64,000 bases of DNA, from assembly GCF_020037015.1 (NCBI RefSeq), contig NZ_JAIQDE010000007.1, positions 51,886 to 115,885 on the forward strand, read 5' to 3'. A model generated the notes under the pieces. It was not told where the DNA came from and did not search any database. It saw nothing but the letters and a program-made list of their open reading frames with translations. Origin of the DNA: Corallococcus sp. AS-1-6. GTDB lineage: Bacteria > Myxococcota > Myxococcia > Myxococcales > Myxococcaceae. Of the stretch, positions 56,121 through 64,000 are shown in pieces. Every line of letters begins with the position of its first letter. The first letter of the stretch is position 1. The position numbers and the translations under genes are program-made.

Positions 56121-57185
56121 TCAGGTCCTCCGTCCGCGCGCATCCACGCGCCGCGCCAGCTCCGGGGCCAGCACCTCCAGGGGCACCACGGCATCCGCGA
56201 GCCCCGCCTGTTCCACCGCGCCCGGCATGCTGCCGGCGACGCAGCTTGCCTGGTCCTGCACCACCACCTGTCCGCCCGCCTCGTTCACGCGCCGGCAGCC
56301 GCGCAGCCCGTCCTGGCCCATGCCGGTGAGCACCACCGCCAGCACCCCCGCGCCGTACACCTCCGCCGCGGAGCGGAAGAGCAGGTCCACCGCCGGGCGG
56401 CACGCGTTCTCCGCCGGCCCCTGGTGGGTGAGCAGCCGCACGCCCGCGGCATCCCGGCACACGGCCAGGTGGAAGTCGCCGGGAGCGACCCACACCTCGC
56501 CCGCGTTCACGGATGCGCCCGGCACCGCCTCGCGCACGGTGAGCGGCGTCACCCCCTGCAACCGCTCCGCGAGCAGCCGGGTGAAGACGGGAGGCATGTG
56601 CTGCACGATGAACACCGGCACCGGCAGGTCCGCGGGCAGCGCGGACACCAGGCGCACCAGCGCGCCCGGGCCCCCGGTGGACGCGCCGACGACGATGGCC
56701 TCCACCCGAGCGGGCATCCTCGGCCGGAGCGGGAGCTCGCGCGTCACCGGTGACAGTGGAGACGCGGCGGAGGGCGTGCGCACGTTCAGCGCCTTGAGCT
56801 TGCGCACCAGTTCGTCGCGCACGGCCTCCAGGGGGATGTTCATCCCGCCCGCGGACGTGGGCTTCGTCACGTAGTCGCGGGCCCCCAGCGCGAGCGCCTC
56901 CAGGGTCAACAGGCCCGCGCGTTCGGTGAGCGCGCTGAACATCACCACGGGCAGCTCCGGGGCGCGCTGGCGCAGGAGCTTCAGCGTCTCCAGTCCGTCC
57001 AGCTCCGGCATCTCCAGGTCCAACAGCACGACGTCGGGTTGGAACTGCTCCACCTTCGCCAGGGCGATGCGGCCATTGGGCGCGGTGGCGACGACCTCCA
57101 GTCCCGGCGCCGCGCCCAGCAGCAGCGACACCTGGCGCCGCACCACGGCCGCGTCGTCCACCACCAGCACCCGGATGGCGTTCAT
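56121..57185 (-). CDS. cheB: chemotaxis response regulator protein-glutamate methylesterase CheB
   Basis: Receiver domain 'IRVLVVDDAAVVRR...DVVLLDLEMPELDG' and methylesterase domain 'IVVGASTGGPGAL...VQHMPPVFT...VLTGMGQDG'. Confidence 0.9.
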   Translation of the reverse strand: MNAIRVLVVDDAAVVRRQVSLLLGAAPGLEVVATAPNGRIALAKVEQFQPDVVLLDLEMPELDGLETLKLLRQRAPELPVVMFSALTERAGLLTLEALALGARDYVTKPTSAGGMNIPLEAVRDELVRKLKALNVRTPSAASPLSPVTRELPLRPRMPARVEAIVVGASTGGPGALVRLVSALPADLPVPVFIVQHMPPVFTRLLAERLQGVTPLTVREAVPGASVNAGEVWVAPGDFHLAVCRDAAGVRLLTHQGPAENACRPAVDLLFRSAAEVYGAGVLAVVLTGMGQDGLRGCRRVNEAGGQVVVQDQASCVAGSMPGAVEQAGLADAVVPLEVLAPELARRVDARGRRT

Positions 57186-57196
57186 TCGCACCCGCG

Positions 57197-57532
57197 TCAC
57201 CGCACCGCGTGCGCGACCGGGCAGCGGCCCGCGGGGGGGCTGGAGGCCCTCTCGCCATACACCTCGTGGCGCGGCCGGCTCGCGAGGATGGCGCTGGCGC
57301 CCCAGTCCGTCACGCGGTGGAAGGCCTCGGACGCGATGAAGGCGTCGAAGCCCTCGCGGCTGTGCCACTCGGAGACGATGAGGTAGCGCCCCGGCGCCCC
57401 CACGCTCTTGAACAGCTCCGTGTTCACGTGCGCCGGCAGCTCGCGCATCGCCTCCTGCACGAGCGCGAACTTCCGCTCGAAGGCCTCCGCCTTGCCCTCG
57501 CGCACCTCGTAGTTCATGCCGATGGTGACCAT
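57197..57532 (-). CDS. ABM-like / dimeric alpha-beta barrel small protein
   Basis: 111 aa with 'MVTIGMNYEVREGKAEAFERKF...YLIVSEWHSREGFDAFIASEAF'. Confidence 0.45.
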   Translation of the reverse strand: MVTIGMNYEVREGKAEAFERKFALVQEAMRELPAHVNTELFKSVGAPGRYLIVSEWHSREGFDAFIASEAFHRVTDWGASAILASRPRHEVYGERASSPPAGRCPVAHAVR

Positions 57533-57554
57533 CCGTCACCTCCTTGTCCGTGTG

Positions 57555-59084
57555 TCATTCGAGCCAGACCCGGACACGCCGCTGGCCCTCGTCCAGGTGG
57601 AACAACTCCGATGGCCGCAGCCCCGCCGCGACCGCCGCGGTCCCCATGGCCACCGGATCCAGGCCCCGCGCCGCCAGCTTTCGAGGCAGGTCCTCCGGCA
57701 GCAGGTCCTCCAGGTGCGCCGTCACGTCCGCGCGGAAGGTCAGCGCGACGCGCGTGTGCCCTCCCTCCGTCACCTGGACCTTCAGGTAGCGCGCGGCGCC
57801 CTCCGCCCGGACTTCCGGCGGTGACGGAGGAGGCGGCAGCGACGGGGCGCGGGCCTCGTCCAGCAGCGGCCCCCAGGCGATGGGCGCATCCAGCACGTCC
57901 AGGTGGCGGACCAGCCCGTGGAACGCGCGCAGGACGAACAGGAGCGATGCGGGCCCCGCCGCGCGGAAGTTCCAGCGGTGCGGCCCCAGCGCCTCGGTGA
58001 GCCGCGCGCCCAGCCGCCAGCTTCGCGCGTGGAAGGGGCGGTCCAGGAGGAAGGGCTCCAGCAGCACGCGGCTGACGGCGGGCAGCGCCTCCGCCATGGG
58101 CTCCAGCAGCTCCGGCGCGAAGCCCAGCATCACCCACGCGGACAGGAGCTGCTCGGGGCGCGGCGGAGTGCCCGGACCCTTGAGGAGCGCAATCAACCGT
58201 CCCAGCCCCACGGCCAGCTCCGGGGGCAATGGCTTCACACAACCGAAGTCGAGCACCCCCAGCACGGGCTTGCCGTCCGGGCCCCGTGACACGCGGTAGT
58301 TGCCCGGGTGAGGATCCGCGTGGAGCGCGCTCCACGTGAAGCAGCCGTGGAGGAACAGCCGCACCAGCGTCGTGGACAGCGCGCGGCGATCCGCTTCGCT
58401 CCAGCGCCAGCCCTCCGCCAGCGACGTGCCCTCCACCCAGGTCATCACCAGCAGGTCTTCCCGCGTGAGCGCGTCCACCGGCTCGGGGATGACGACGCCG
58501 GGCACGTCCGCCATGCGCGTGCCCGCGTCCCGCAGGGACTGGGCTTCGTGGTGATAGTCCAGCTCGCCCTGGAGCATGCGGGCCAGCTCGTGGCGGTAGG
58601 CGGAAAGGTCCAGCTTCCCGCGCCAGCCTCCCACCGGCGCGGCCAGCCACCCCAGCGCGCGCAGATCCTCCCGCACGGCCTCCGCGATGCCCGGGTGCCG
58701 CAGCTTCACGGCCACGGCGCGGCCGTCATGCAGCACGCCCCGGTGCACCTGGCCCAGGGACGCGGCGATGCCCACGCCCTCCAGCGACTGGAACACCTCC
58801 CGCCACGGACGGCCCATCCGGCGGGACACCTCCGCCAGCGCGGCCTCCGGCGCGAGCGGGGAGGGCGCCTCCGCGAGCGAACCGAACCCCGGTGTCTCCG
58901 CGCCCAGCTCCGCGAGCGTGAGCACCTGGCCCACCTTCTGGGGCAGCCCGCGCAGGCCCAACAGCCGCTGGGCCAGCTCATGCCGAGCCTCTTCCACGTC
59001 CAGGGGCCGGGACACCCGCTTCATGCGCGTGGAGGCACGGGCCACCTGGCCCAGCGCCCACCATCGCTTCAGTCCGGTTCGCAT
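57555..59084 (-). CDS. ABC1/UbiB-family atypical protein kinase
   Basis: 'LPQKVGQVLTLAELGAE' and 'AAPVAASLGQVHRGVLHDGRAVAVKLRHPGI' are typical of the ABC1 (aarF) kinase family. Confidence 0.8.
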   Translation of the reverse strand: MRTGLKRWWALGQVARASTRMKRVSRPLDVEEARHELAQRLLGLRGLPQKVGQVLTLAELGAETPGFGSLAEAPSPLAPEAALAEVSRRMGRPWREVFQSLEGVGIAASLGQVHRGVLHDGRAVAVKLRHPGIAEAVREDLRALGWLAAPVGGWRGKLDLSAYRHELARMLQGELDYHHEAQSLRDAGTRMADVPGVVIPEPVDALTREDLLVMTWVEGTSLAEGWRWSEADRRALSTTLVRLFLHGCFTWSALHADPHPGNYRVSRGPDGKPVLGVLDFGCVKPLPPELAVGLGRLIALLKGPGTPPRPEQLLSAWVMLGFAPELLEPMAEALPAVSRVLLEPFLLDRPFHARSWRLGARLTEALGPHRWNFRAAGPASLLFVLRAFHGLVRHLDVLDAPIAWGPLLDEARAPSLPPPPSPPEVRAEGAARYLKVQVTEGGHTRVALTFRADVTAHLEDLLPEDLPRKLAARGLDPVAMGTAAVAAGLRPSELFHLDEGQRRVRVWLE

Positions 59085-59118
59085 GTGCCGTGGCTCCGTG
59101 GGCCTGACGCCGTCCGCG

Positions 59119-61221
59119 CTACTTCGTCCGCGCCTGCTTGTCGGTCGTGTCCACCTGCACGACCAGCCGTTGCAGCGACTGCGCCATGTGGGCCAGCTCC
59201 ACCGCCGAACGCTGCGTGCTGCCCGCGCCCTCGGTGGTGCTGCGCGCGGCCTCCGCCACGGCGGCCATGTTCTCGGAGATCTGCTGGCTGCCCTTGGCGG
59301 CCTCGCCCACGTTGCGCAGGATTTCTCCCGCGGTGGCCGTCTGCTCCTCCACGGAGGAGGCGATGGACGTCTGCAGCTCGTTGATGCGGCCGATGGTGGC
59401 GCCGATCTCCAGGATGGCGTTGACCACCTCCTCGGTGTCGCCCTGGATGCTGCCGATCTTCTGGCCGATGTCCTCCGTGGCGCGGGCCGTCTCGCGCGCC
59501 AACTCCTTCACCTCGTTGGCCACCACCGCGAAGCCCCGGCCCGCCTCACCGGCGCGCGCGGCCTCGATGGTCGCGTTGAGCGCCAGCAGGTTCGTCTGCT
59601 GCGCGATGGAGGTGATGACCTTGATGACCTTGCCGATCTCCTGGCTGCTCGTCCCCAGCTTGCCGACGACGCTGGACGTGGAGTCCGCGAGCTTCACCGC
59701 GGACGCGGCCACCTTGGCGGCGGTGCTCGCGTTGCGCGCCACCTCGCGGATGTTCGCGTTGACCTCCTCCATGCCGGACGCGACGCTCTGCACGTTGCGG
59801 CTGACCTGTTCGGCGCCGGCGGACACCTGGGTGGCCTGCGCCGCGGTCTCCTGCGCGTTGCTCACCATCTGCTGGCTCACGCTGGACAGCTCCTGCGACG
59901 ACGCGGCGAGCGTCTGCGAGTGCTGCGTCACCTCCTGGAAGATGCCGCGCAGGGTGGCGTCCAGCTCCTTCTCGCGCTGCTGCACCGCGAGCTTCTCCGT
60001 GATGAGCTCCCACGTCACCATGGGGCCCAGGTAGCGGCCCTGGCCGTCGTACACCGCCGTCACCAACAGGTCCGCGGTCTCCGGGCCAATGGGGATGTTC
60101 GCGCGCACCGGCAGGTTCTTGTCGTTGGCCAGGATCTTCCGCTGGTACGTCGAGTCGCGGTGGAAGATGTCGATGCTGGACCCCAGCACCCGGTCCGCCG
60201 TGACGGGCAGGTGCTTCTCCACGCGCTGCAACAGCCGGCGCGAGGCGGGGTTCAGGTAGACGATCTTCAGGTCCACGTCCGCCACCATCACGCAGGTGGG
60301 CGCGTTCTCCAGCATGGCCCTGAGGCGAGCCATCTCCGTGTCCGCGCGCTGCTGGTCCGTGATGTCCGTCCACGTCACCACGTAGCCGGTGAGCGCGCCG
60401 CCCCGGCCCTCGATGCCGTCGATGCGCGCCTTGAGCAGGGTGGGGCCCACCGCGAAGTGGGTCTCGTGCGGCAGCGACGACGGGTCGCTCAGCCGCTCCT
60501 CCTCCAGCCGCAACTGGTGCTCGAAGTGGGCGAGGAAGTCGCTGCCTCCGTCCCCCCCGCCGTCGCGGAAGGCGGCCGTCTGGCTGATGCGCTCGATGGC
60601 CTCCGACGCGGACGCGTTCGAGAAGACGATGGCCAGGTCCGCGTCCAGGACGAACAGGTTGACCCGCGCCGCGTCCAGTACGGCCTCGCTCAGCGCCCCT
60701 TCGAGCGGCGTGGCCGTGCGGCGTCGCGAGGACCGGCCCGCGGGCGCGGACGCCACGGCGACCCGGCGTCCCTCCGTCCGGGAGGCGCGCGCCGGAGCAC
60801 GCTTCACGGCGGCGGTCCGCGAGGCGGCCTTCGCCACGGGCCTGCCCACGCCGGCATCCCGCGACGAGCCCGCGGCCGCCAGCACCTCGCGGGCGACGGG
60901 GCCCGGCACGTCCAGCTCATCCAGCACGCTGGCCAGGTGCTCGGTGACGCGCTCGAAGTGATGGGGCTTGAGCTCCAGGCGCGCGTGCAGGTCGCGCATG
61001 GACGGGCCCTTGTAGACGGCCGTTCCGCCCAGGAACCGGGTGAGGAACGCGACCATCTGGCGCTGAATCTCGACCAGGTCCTCGCGGCGGAAGTAGGGCT
61101 TGAGCAGCGCGTCCGTCATGACCCGCGCGTAGAGCCTCTGCACGGCGGCCGTCAGGGGGGCCTTGCCGCCCAGGCGCTGGAAGGGAGTGGTTTTCACGGC
61201 GGGCGCGGTCGGGCGGGCCAT
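59119..61221 (-). CDS. methyl-accepting chemotaxis protein with N-terminal truncated (2/2) haemoglobin and PAS regions
   Basis: N-term '[31 protein letters not shown]...[15 protein letters not shown]' is a trHb signature (F.RLGG, H..HF). C-term MCP signalling domain '[31 protein letters not shown]'. Start at MARPTAPAV; the ORF as listed extends upstream to 61716 in an Arg/Pro-rich frame. Confidence 0.8.
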   Translation of the reverse strand: MARPTAPAVKTTPFQRLGGKAPLTAAVQRLYARVMTDALLKPYFRREDLVEIQRQMVAFLTRFLGGTAVYKGPSMRDLHARLELKPHHFERVTEHLASVLDELDVPGPVAREVLAAAGSSRDAGVGRPVAKAASRTAAVKRAPARASRTEGRRVAVASAPAGRSSRRRTATPLEGALSEAVLDAARVNLFVLDADLAIVFSNASASEAIERISQTAAFRDGGGDGGSDFLAHFEHQLRLEEERLSDPSSLPHETHFAVGPTLLKARIDGIEGRGGALTGYVVTWTDITDQQRADTEMARLRAMLENAPTCVMVADVDLKIVYLNPASRRLLQRVEKHLPVTADRVLGSSIDIFHRDSTYQRKILANDKNLPVRANIPIGPETADLLVTAVYDGQGRYLGPMVTWELITEKLAVQQREKELDATLRGIFQEVTQHSQTLAASSQELSSVSQQMVSNAQETAAQATQVSAGAEQVSRNVQSVASGMEEVNANIREVARNASTAAKVAASAVKLADSTSSVVGKLGTSSQEIGKVIKVITSIAQQTNLLALNATIEAARAGEAGRGFAVVANEVKELARETARATEDIGQKIGSIQGDTEEVVNAILEIGATIGRINELQTSIASSVEEQTATAGEILRNVGEAAKGSQQISENMAAVAEAARSTTEGAGSTQRSAVELAHMAQSLQRLVVQVDTTDKQARTK

Positions 61222-61709
61222 CAGCGGGGCTCCTGGGCAAGCACGGGGAAGGAAGGGGAGGCGGGAGCGCTGGACGCGGGCGAGAGCCCGTCCACCACCG
61301 CGTCCGCGGACAACACGAGCAGCAGCCGGTCCGGCAGCGCGTGGACCCCCAGCAGCAGCGAGCGCAGCGGCCCGCGCAGGTTGTCCGGCAGCGGCGCCAG
61401 GTCCGACTGCTCGAAGGGCAGGATGTCGCCAATGGCATCCACGCGAAGGCTCACCGCGCCCTCGTCGCCGCGCAGGACGACGTGGGGCGCGTCCGCGGGG
61501 GCGGTGCCTTCGGGCAGGTCCAGGCGGCGGCGCAGGTCGATGGCGGGGACGATCTGCCCGCGCAGGTTGAGCAGCCCCGCCACCTCCGGCGGCGCGCCGG
61601 GGACGCGCGTGAGCGGCGGCGGCAGCAGGATCTCCTGCACGCGCTCGATGTCCAGGCCGAACAGGTGCTCGCCCACCTGGAACGAGCACAGTTGGCGGAG
61701 GCCGCTCAT
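61221..61709 (-). CDS. cheW: chemotaxis coupling protein CheW
   Basis: '[19 protein letters not shown]...[16 protein letters not shown]' is a CheW-like domain of 162 aa. Start overlaps the CheA stop. Confidence 0.85.
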   Translation of the reverse strand: MSGLRQLCSFQVGEHLFGLDIERVQEILLPPPLTRVPGAPPEVAGLLNLRGQIVPAIDLRRRLDLPEGTAPADAPHVVLRGDEGAVSLRVDAIGDILPFEQSDLAPLPDNLRGPLRSLLLGVHALPDRLLLVLSADAVVDGLSPASSAPASPSFPVLAQEPR

Positions 61710-63844
61710 GGCGCACCGCCTGTCAGCAGCTCCGGGTGCACGGCGCGCACGGTGCCCTCCACGTCCAGGAACTCGGTGGCCCGGGCCTGCACCACCATGG
61801 AGCCCAGCACGCCCGGACGGCGCGTCTCCCGCTGGAGCGCGAGCTCCACCTCCGCGACGTCGAGGATGGCGTCCACCACCAGCCCCACGCGCGCGTCCGC
61901 GTGCTGGGTGACGACGACGGACAGCGACTCGCCCGGGGCGGCCTGGAGCTGCCGTGCCATCCGCTCCGTCGCGCCGGGCGTCGCCTCCAGCACGGACGCC
62001 ACGCGCACCAGCGGCAGCAGTTGCCCGTGGTAGCGCGCCATCTCCATGCCGCCGCTCAGCCGCTCCACGTCCGAGGAGGGCAGCTCCTCCAGCCGGGCCA
62101 CGCGCGACAGGGGAATCGCCACGCGGCCCTCCGCGCCATGGCGGCACAGCAGCACCCGCTCGCGTGTCTCCTCCGGCGCCGGTGCCTCCACGGCGGCCTC
62201 CGGGATGACGACCTGGGCCTGTGCCTCGTTGACGGTGCCCACGCGGCGGCCCAGGCCCATGGCGTCCAGGATGAGCGCCACGCGCCCGTCGCCCAGCACC
62301 GTCGCGCCCGCGTAGCAGGCCAGCCCCTTCAGGTGCTTCCACAGCGGCTTGACGACGATCTCCTCCGTGTCATGGATGGCGTCCACCCACAGCCCGAAGG
62401 CGCGCTCGCCGGCCTGGAGCACGACGACGGTGGCGCCCTCGTCCAGGTCCGGCATCGCCGGCCCCACGCCCAGCTCGGCGGCGAGCACGACCAGCGGCAG
62501 CAGCTCCCCGCGCAGCCGCAGCACGCACGCGCCCTGGAGGCGGGTGATGTCCCTGCGCGCCTGGGCCGGCTCCAGGAACACCACCTCCCGCAGGGAGGCC
62601 TGCGGCAGCGCGTAGCGGTCTCCCCGGCAGGTGACGAGCAGCGCCGGGATGATGGCCAGCGTGAGGGGAATCTTCAGGGTGAACGTGGTGCCCTGGCCGG
62701 GCCGGCTGTGCACCTCCACGGTGCCGCCAATGCGCTCCACCTGCGTGCGCACCACGTCCATGCCCACGCCCCGGCCGGACAAGGACGTGACGCGCTCCGC
62801 GGTGCTGAAGCCCGGCATGAAGATGAGCATCAGCGCGTCCGCGTCCGGCAGCCGCGCCGCCTGGTCGGCCGTGAGCAGGCCCCGCTGCACCGCGACCTGC
62901 CGCACGCGCTGCACGTCGATGCCCGCGCCATCGTCAGACATGCCCAGGTGCACGAGCCCGCCCTCGTGCGACGCGCTCAGCGTCAGACACCCCACGGGCG
63001 GCTTGCCGGCGGCGCGGCGCTGCTCGGGCGTCTCCACGCCGTGGTCCACGGCGTTGCGCAGCAGGTGGGTGAGCGGATCATGCAGCGCCTCCACCAGCGT
63101 CTTGTCCAGCTCCGTGTCCGCGCCCTGCAATTGCAGCCGCACCTGCTTGCCGCACCCGTGCGCCAGCTCGCGCACCAGCCGGGGGAAGCGGTTCCACACC
63201 TGCCCCACCGGCTGGAGCCGCGTCTTCATCACCACCTGCTGCACCTGCGTGGTGACGACGTCCAGCCGCTGCGACGCGGTCGTCAAATCCGCGCCCGGCG
63301 TGGGCGAGGCCGCGCACTGGAGGATGCGGTTGCGCGCCAGCACCAGCTCGCCCATCAGGTTCATCAACCGGTCCAGCAGCGCCACGTCCACGCGCAGCTT
63401 GGAGTCCACCCCGGTCGCGGCGCCGCGCCAGGGCAGGGCGCCCGGAGGCGCCAGGGGCTCGGACACCTCCAGCGGCGCGGAGCCCGCCGCCGCGCCCGCC
63501 ATGCGCGCGAGCAGCGCGGAGTGGTCCACCGCGGGCTCCAGCCCCGTCGCCTCGATGTGCTCCAGCGTCCCGCGCGCCGCGTCCGCCAGCGCCAGCAGCG
63601 TGGACACGCGCTCGCGGTCCAGCACCAGGCGCCGGTCGCGCGCCAGCCCGAGCATCTCCTCGGCGGCGTGCATCAGCGCCTCCAGGCGGCTGAAGCCCAG
63701 GAAGCCGCAGGTGCCCTTCACCGTGTGCAGGGCCCGGAACAACTGCGCCAGCAACGGCTGCGAGCCCGGCTGCGCCTCCAGCTCCAGCACCGTCGCCTCG
63801 ATGGCCTGCACGTGCTCGCGGGACTCCAGGAGGAACTCCCGCAT
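61706..63844 (-). CDS. cheA: chemotaxis histidine kinase CheA
   Basis: HPt domain '[16 protein letters not shown]'. Dimerisation region. HATPase '[12 protein letters not shown] ... DDGAGID ... [10 protein letters not shown]'. C-terminal CheW-like domain. Confidence 0.9.
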   Translation of the reverse strand: MREFLLESREHVQAIEATVLELEAQPGSQPLLAQLFRALHTVKGTCGFLGFSRLEALMHAAEEMLGLARDRRLVLDRERVSTLLALADAARGTLEHIEATGLEPAVDHSALLARMAGAAAGSAPLEVSEPLAPPGALPWRGAATGVDSKLRVDVALLDRLMNLMGELVLARNRILQCAASPTPGADLTTASQRLDVVTTQVQQVVMKTRLQPVGQVWNRFPRLVRELAHGCGKQVRLQLQGADTELDKTLVEALHDPLTHLLRNAVDHGVETPEQRRAAGKPPVGCLTLSASHEGGLVHLGMSDDGAGIDVQRVRQVAVQRGLLTADQAARLPDADALMLIFMPGFSTAERVTSLSGRGVGMDVVRTQVERIGGTVEVHSRPGQGTTFTLKIPLTLAIIPALLVTCRGDRYALPQASLREVVFLEPAQARRDITRLQGACVLRLRGELLPLVVLAAELGVGPAMPDLDEGATVVVLQAGERAFGLWVDAIHDTEEIVVKPLWKHLKGLACYAGATVLGDGRVALILDAMGLGRRVGTVNEAQAQVVIPEAAVEAPAPEETRERVLLCRHGAEGRVAIPLSRVARLEELPSSDVERLSGGMEMARYHGQLLPLVRVASVLEATPGATERMARQLQAAPGESLSVVVTQHADARVGLVVDAILDVAEVELALQRETRRPGVLGSMVVQARATEFLDVEGTVRAVHPELLTGGAP

Positions 63845-64000
63845 CACGTCATCCCAGCCCGGAGTGTCACCCACGGACAGGCGCCCTCTGGACGGAAGTC
63901 CACGCGGACTGTATGTCTTTGATGATACGGCTTTGACCGGCGCTGCCCATGGGCAACGGCCCCCCCGACCCACAGGACTCCGGAGTCGAAATCACAGCAT

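Noticed and set aside
55228-57258. 676-aa ORF (-) apparently fusing CheR with upstream sequence
   Set aside because: Only the C-terminal 296 aa (CheR) are in a meaningful frame. Upstream of the CheR ATG the ORF is an out-of-frame read through cheB, which is encoded in a different minus-strand frame (56121..57185).
58687-61911. 1074-aa ORF (+)
   Set aside because: Antisense to the MCP/CheW genes, with low-complexity Arg/Gly/Pro content. Spurious.
61736-63922. 728-aa ORF (+)
   Set aside because: Antisense to cheA. Spurious.
1-64000. Search for CRISPR arrays, rRNA, tRNA
   Set aside because: No short regularly spaced repeats, no rRNA-like conserved segments, and no obvious tRNA cloverleaves found by eye. 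The island att site is within a protein-coding 3' end, not a tRNA.

Overview
This is a high-GC window (about 68-70% GC, Myxococcales-like). Protein-coding genes show the usual strong GC3 bias, and there are many long spurious antisense ORFs.

What the window contains:
- 1-11 kb, housekeeping and accessory genes: a Nudix hydrolase (3' part), a small membrane protein, a tandem cNMP-binding protein, an unusual macro-like + TIR/NDT-like two-domain protein, a secreted beta-helix protein, a PLP enzyme, prolyl oligopeptidase, PBP4, and an RdgC-like gene split into two overlapping ORFs.
- 11.2-29.6 kb, a candidate integrated island: about 18.4 kb bounded by an imperfect ~75-80 bp direct repeat (two mismatches plus a 9-nt indel) that duplicates the 3' end, stop codon included, of the RdgC-like gene. 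No integrase is visible in the window.
- Inside the island, a four-gene translationally coupled operon that looks like a non-canonical class-1 DISARM system: a DEXH helicase fused to a Cys4 DUF1998-like domain (1752 aa), an SNF2 helicase (927 aa), an Eco57I/gamma-class N6-adenine methyltransferase (1333 aa), and an HNH_2 nuclease where DISARM normally has a PLD nuclease.
- Also inside the island, a three-gene cassette: secreted putative beta-barrel, large lipoprotein, cytoplasmic protein. The order resembles myxobacterial sitBAI polymorphic-toxin cassettes.
- 29.7-36 kb: an orphan immunity-like gene, a 75-aa secreted Cys-rich peptide, a clear bacterial homologue of eukaryotic major vault protein (755 aa), and secreted and LysM/peptidase proteins.
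- 36-52 kb: a phenylalanine hydroxylase with a long C-terminal extension, a LysR regulator, an SDR, a Kelch/Ig lipoprotein, a secreted protein made of three tandem 89-aa repeats, aminopeptidase N, P450+ABM+ArsR, ProC, a DUF481 outer-membrane protein, PhzF and an sHSP.
- 52-64 kb: a Fic-domain gene coupled to two paralogous small genes, a DAG-kinase-like gene, and a chemosensory cluster (CheR, CheB, ABM-like, ABC1 kinase, truncated-haemoglobin-coupled MCP, CheW, CheA).

I found no rRNA, tRNA or CRISPR array.
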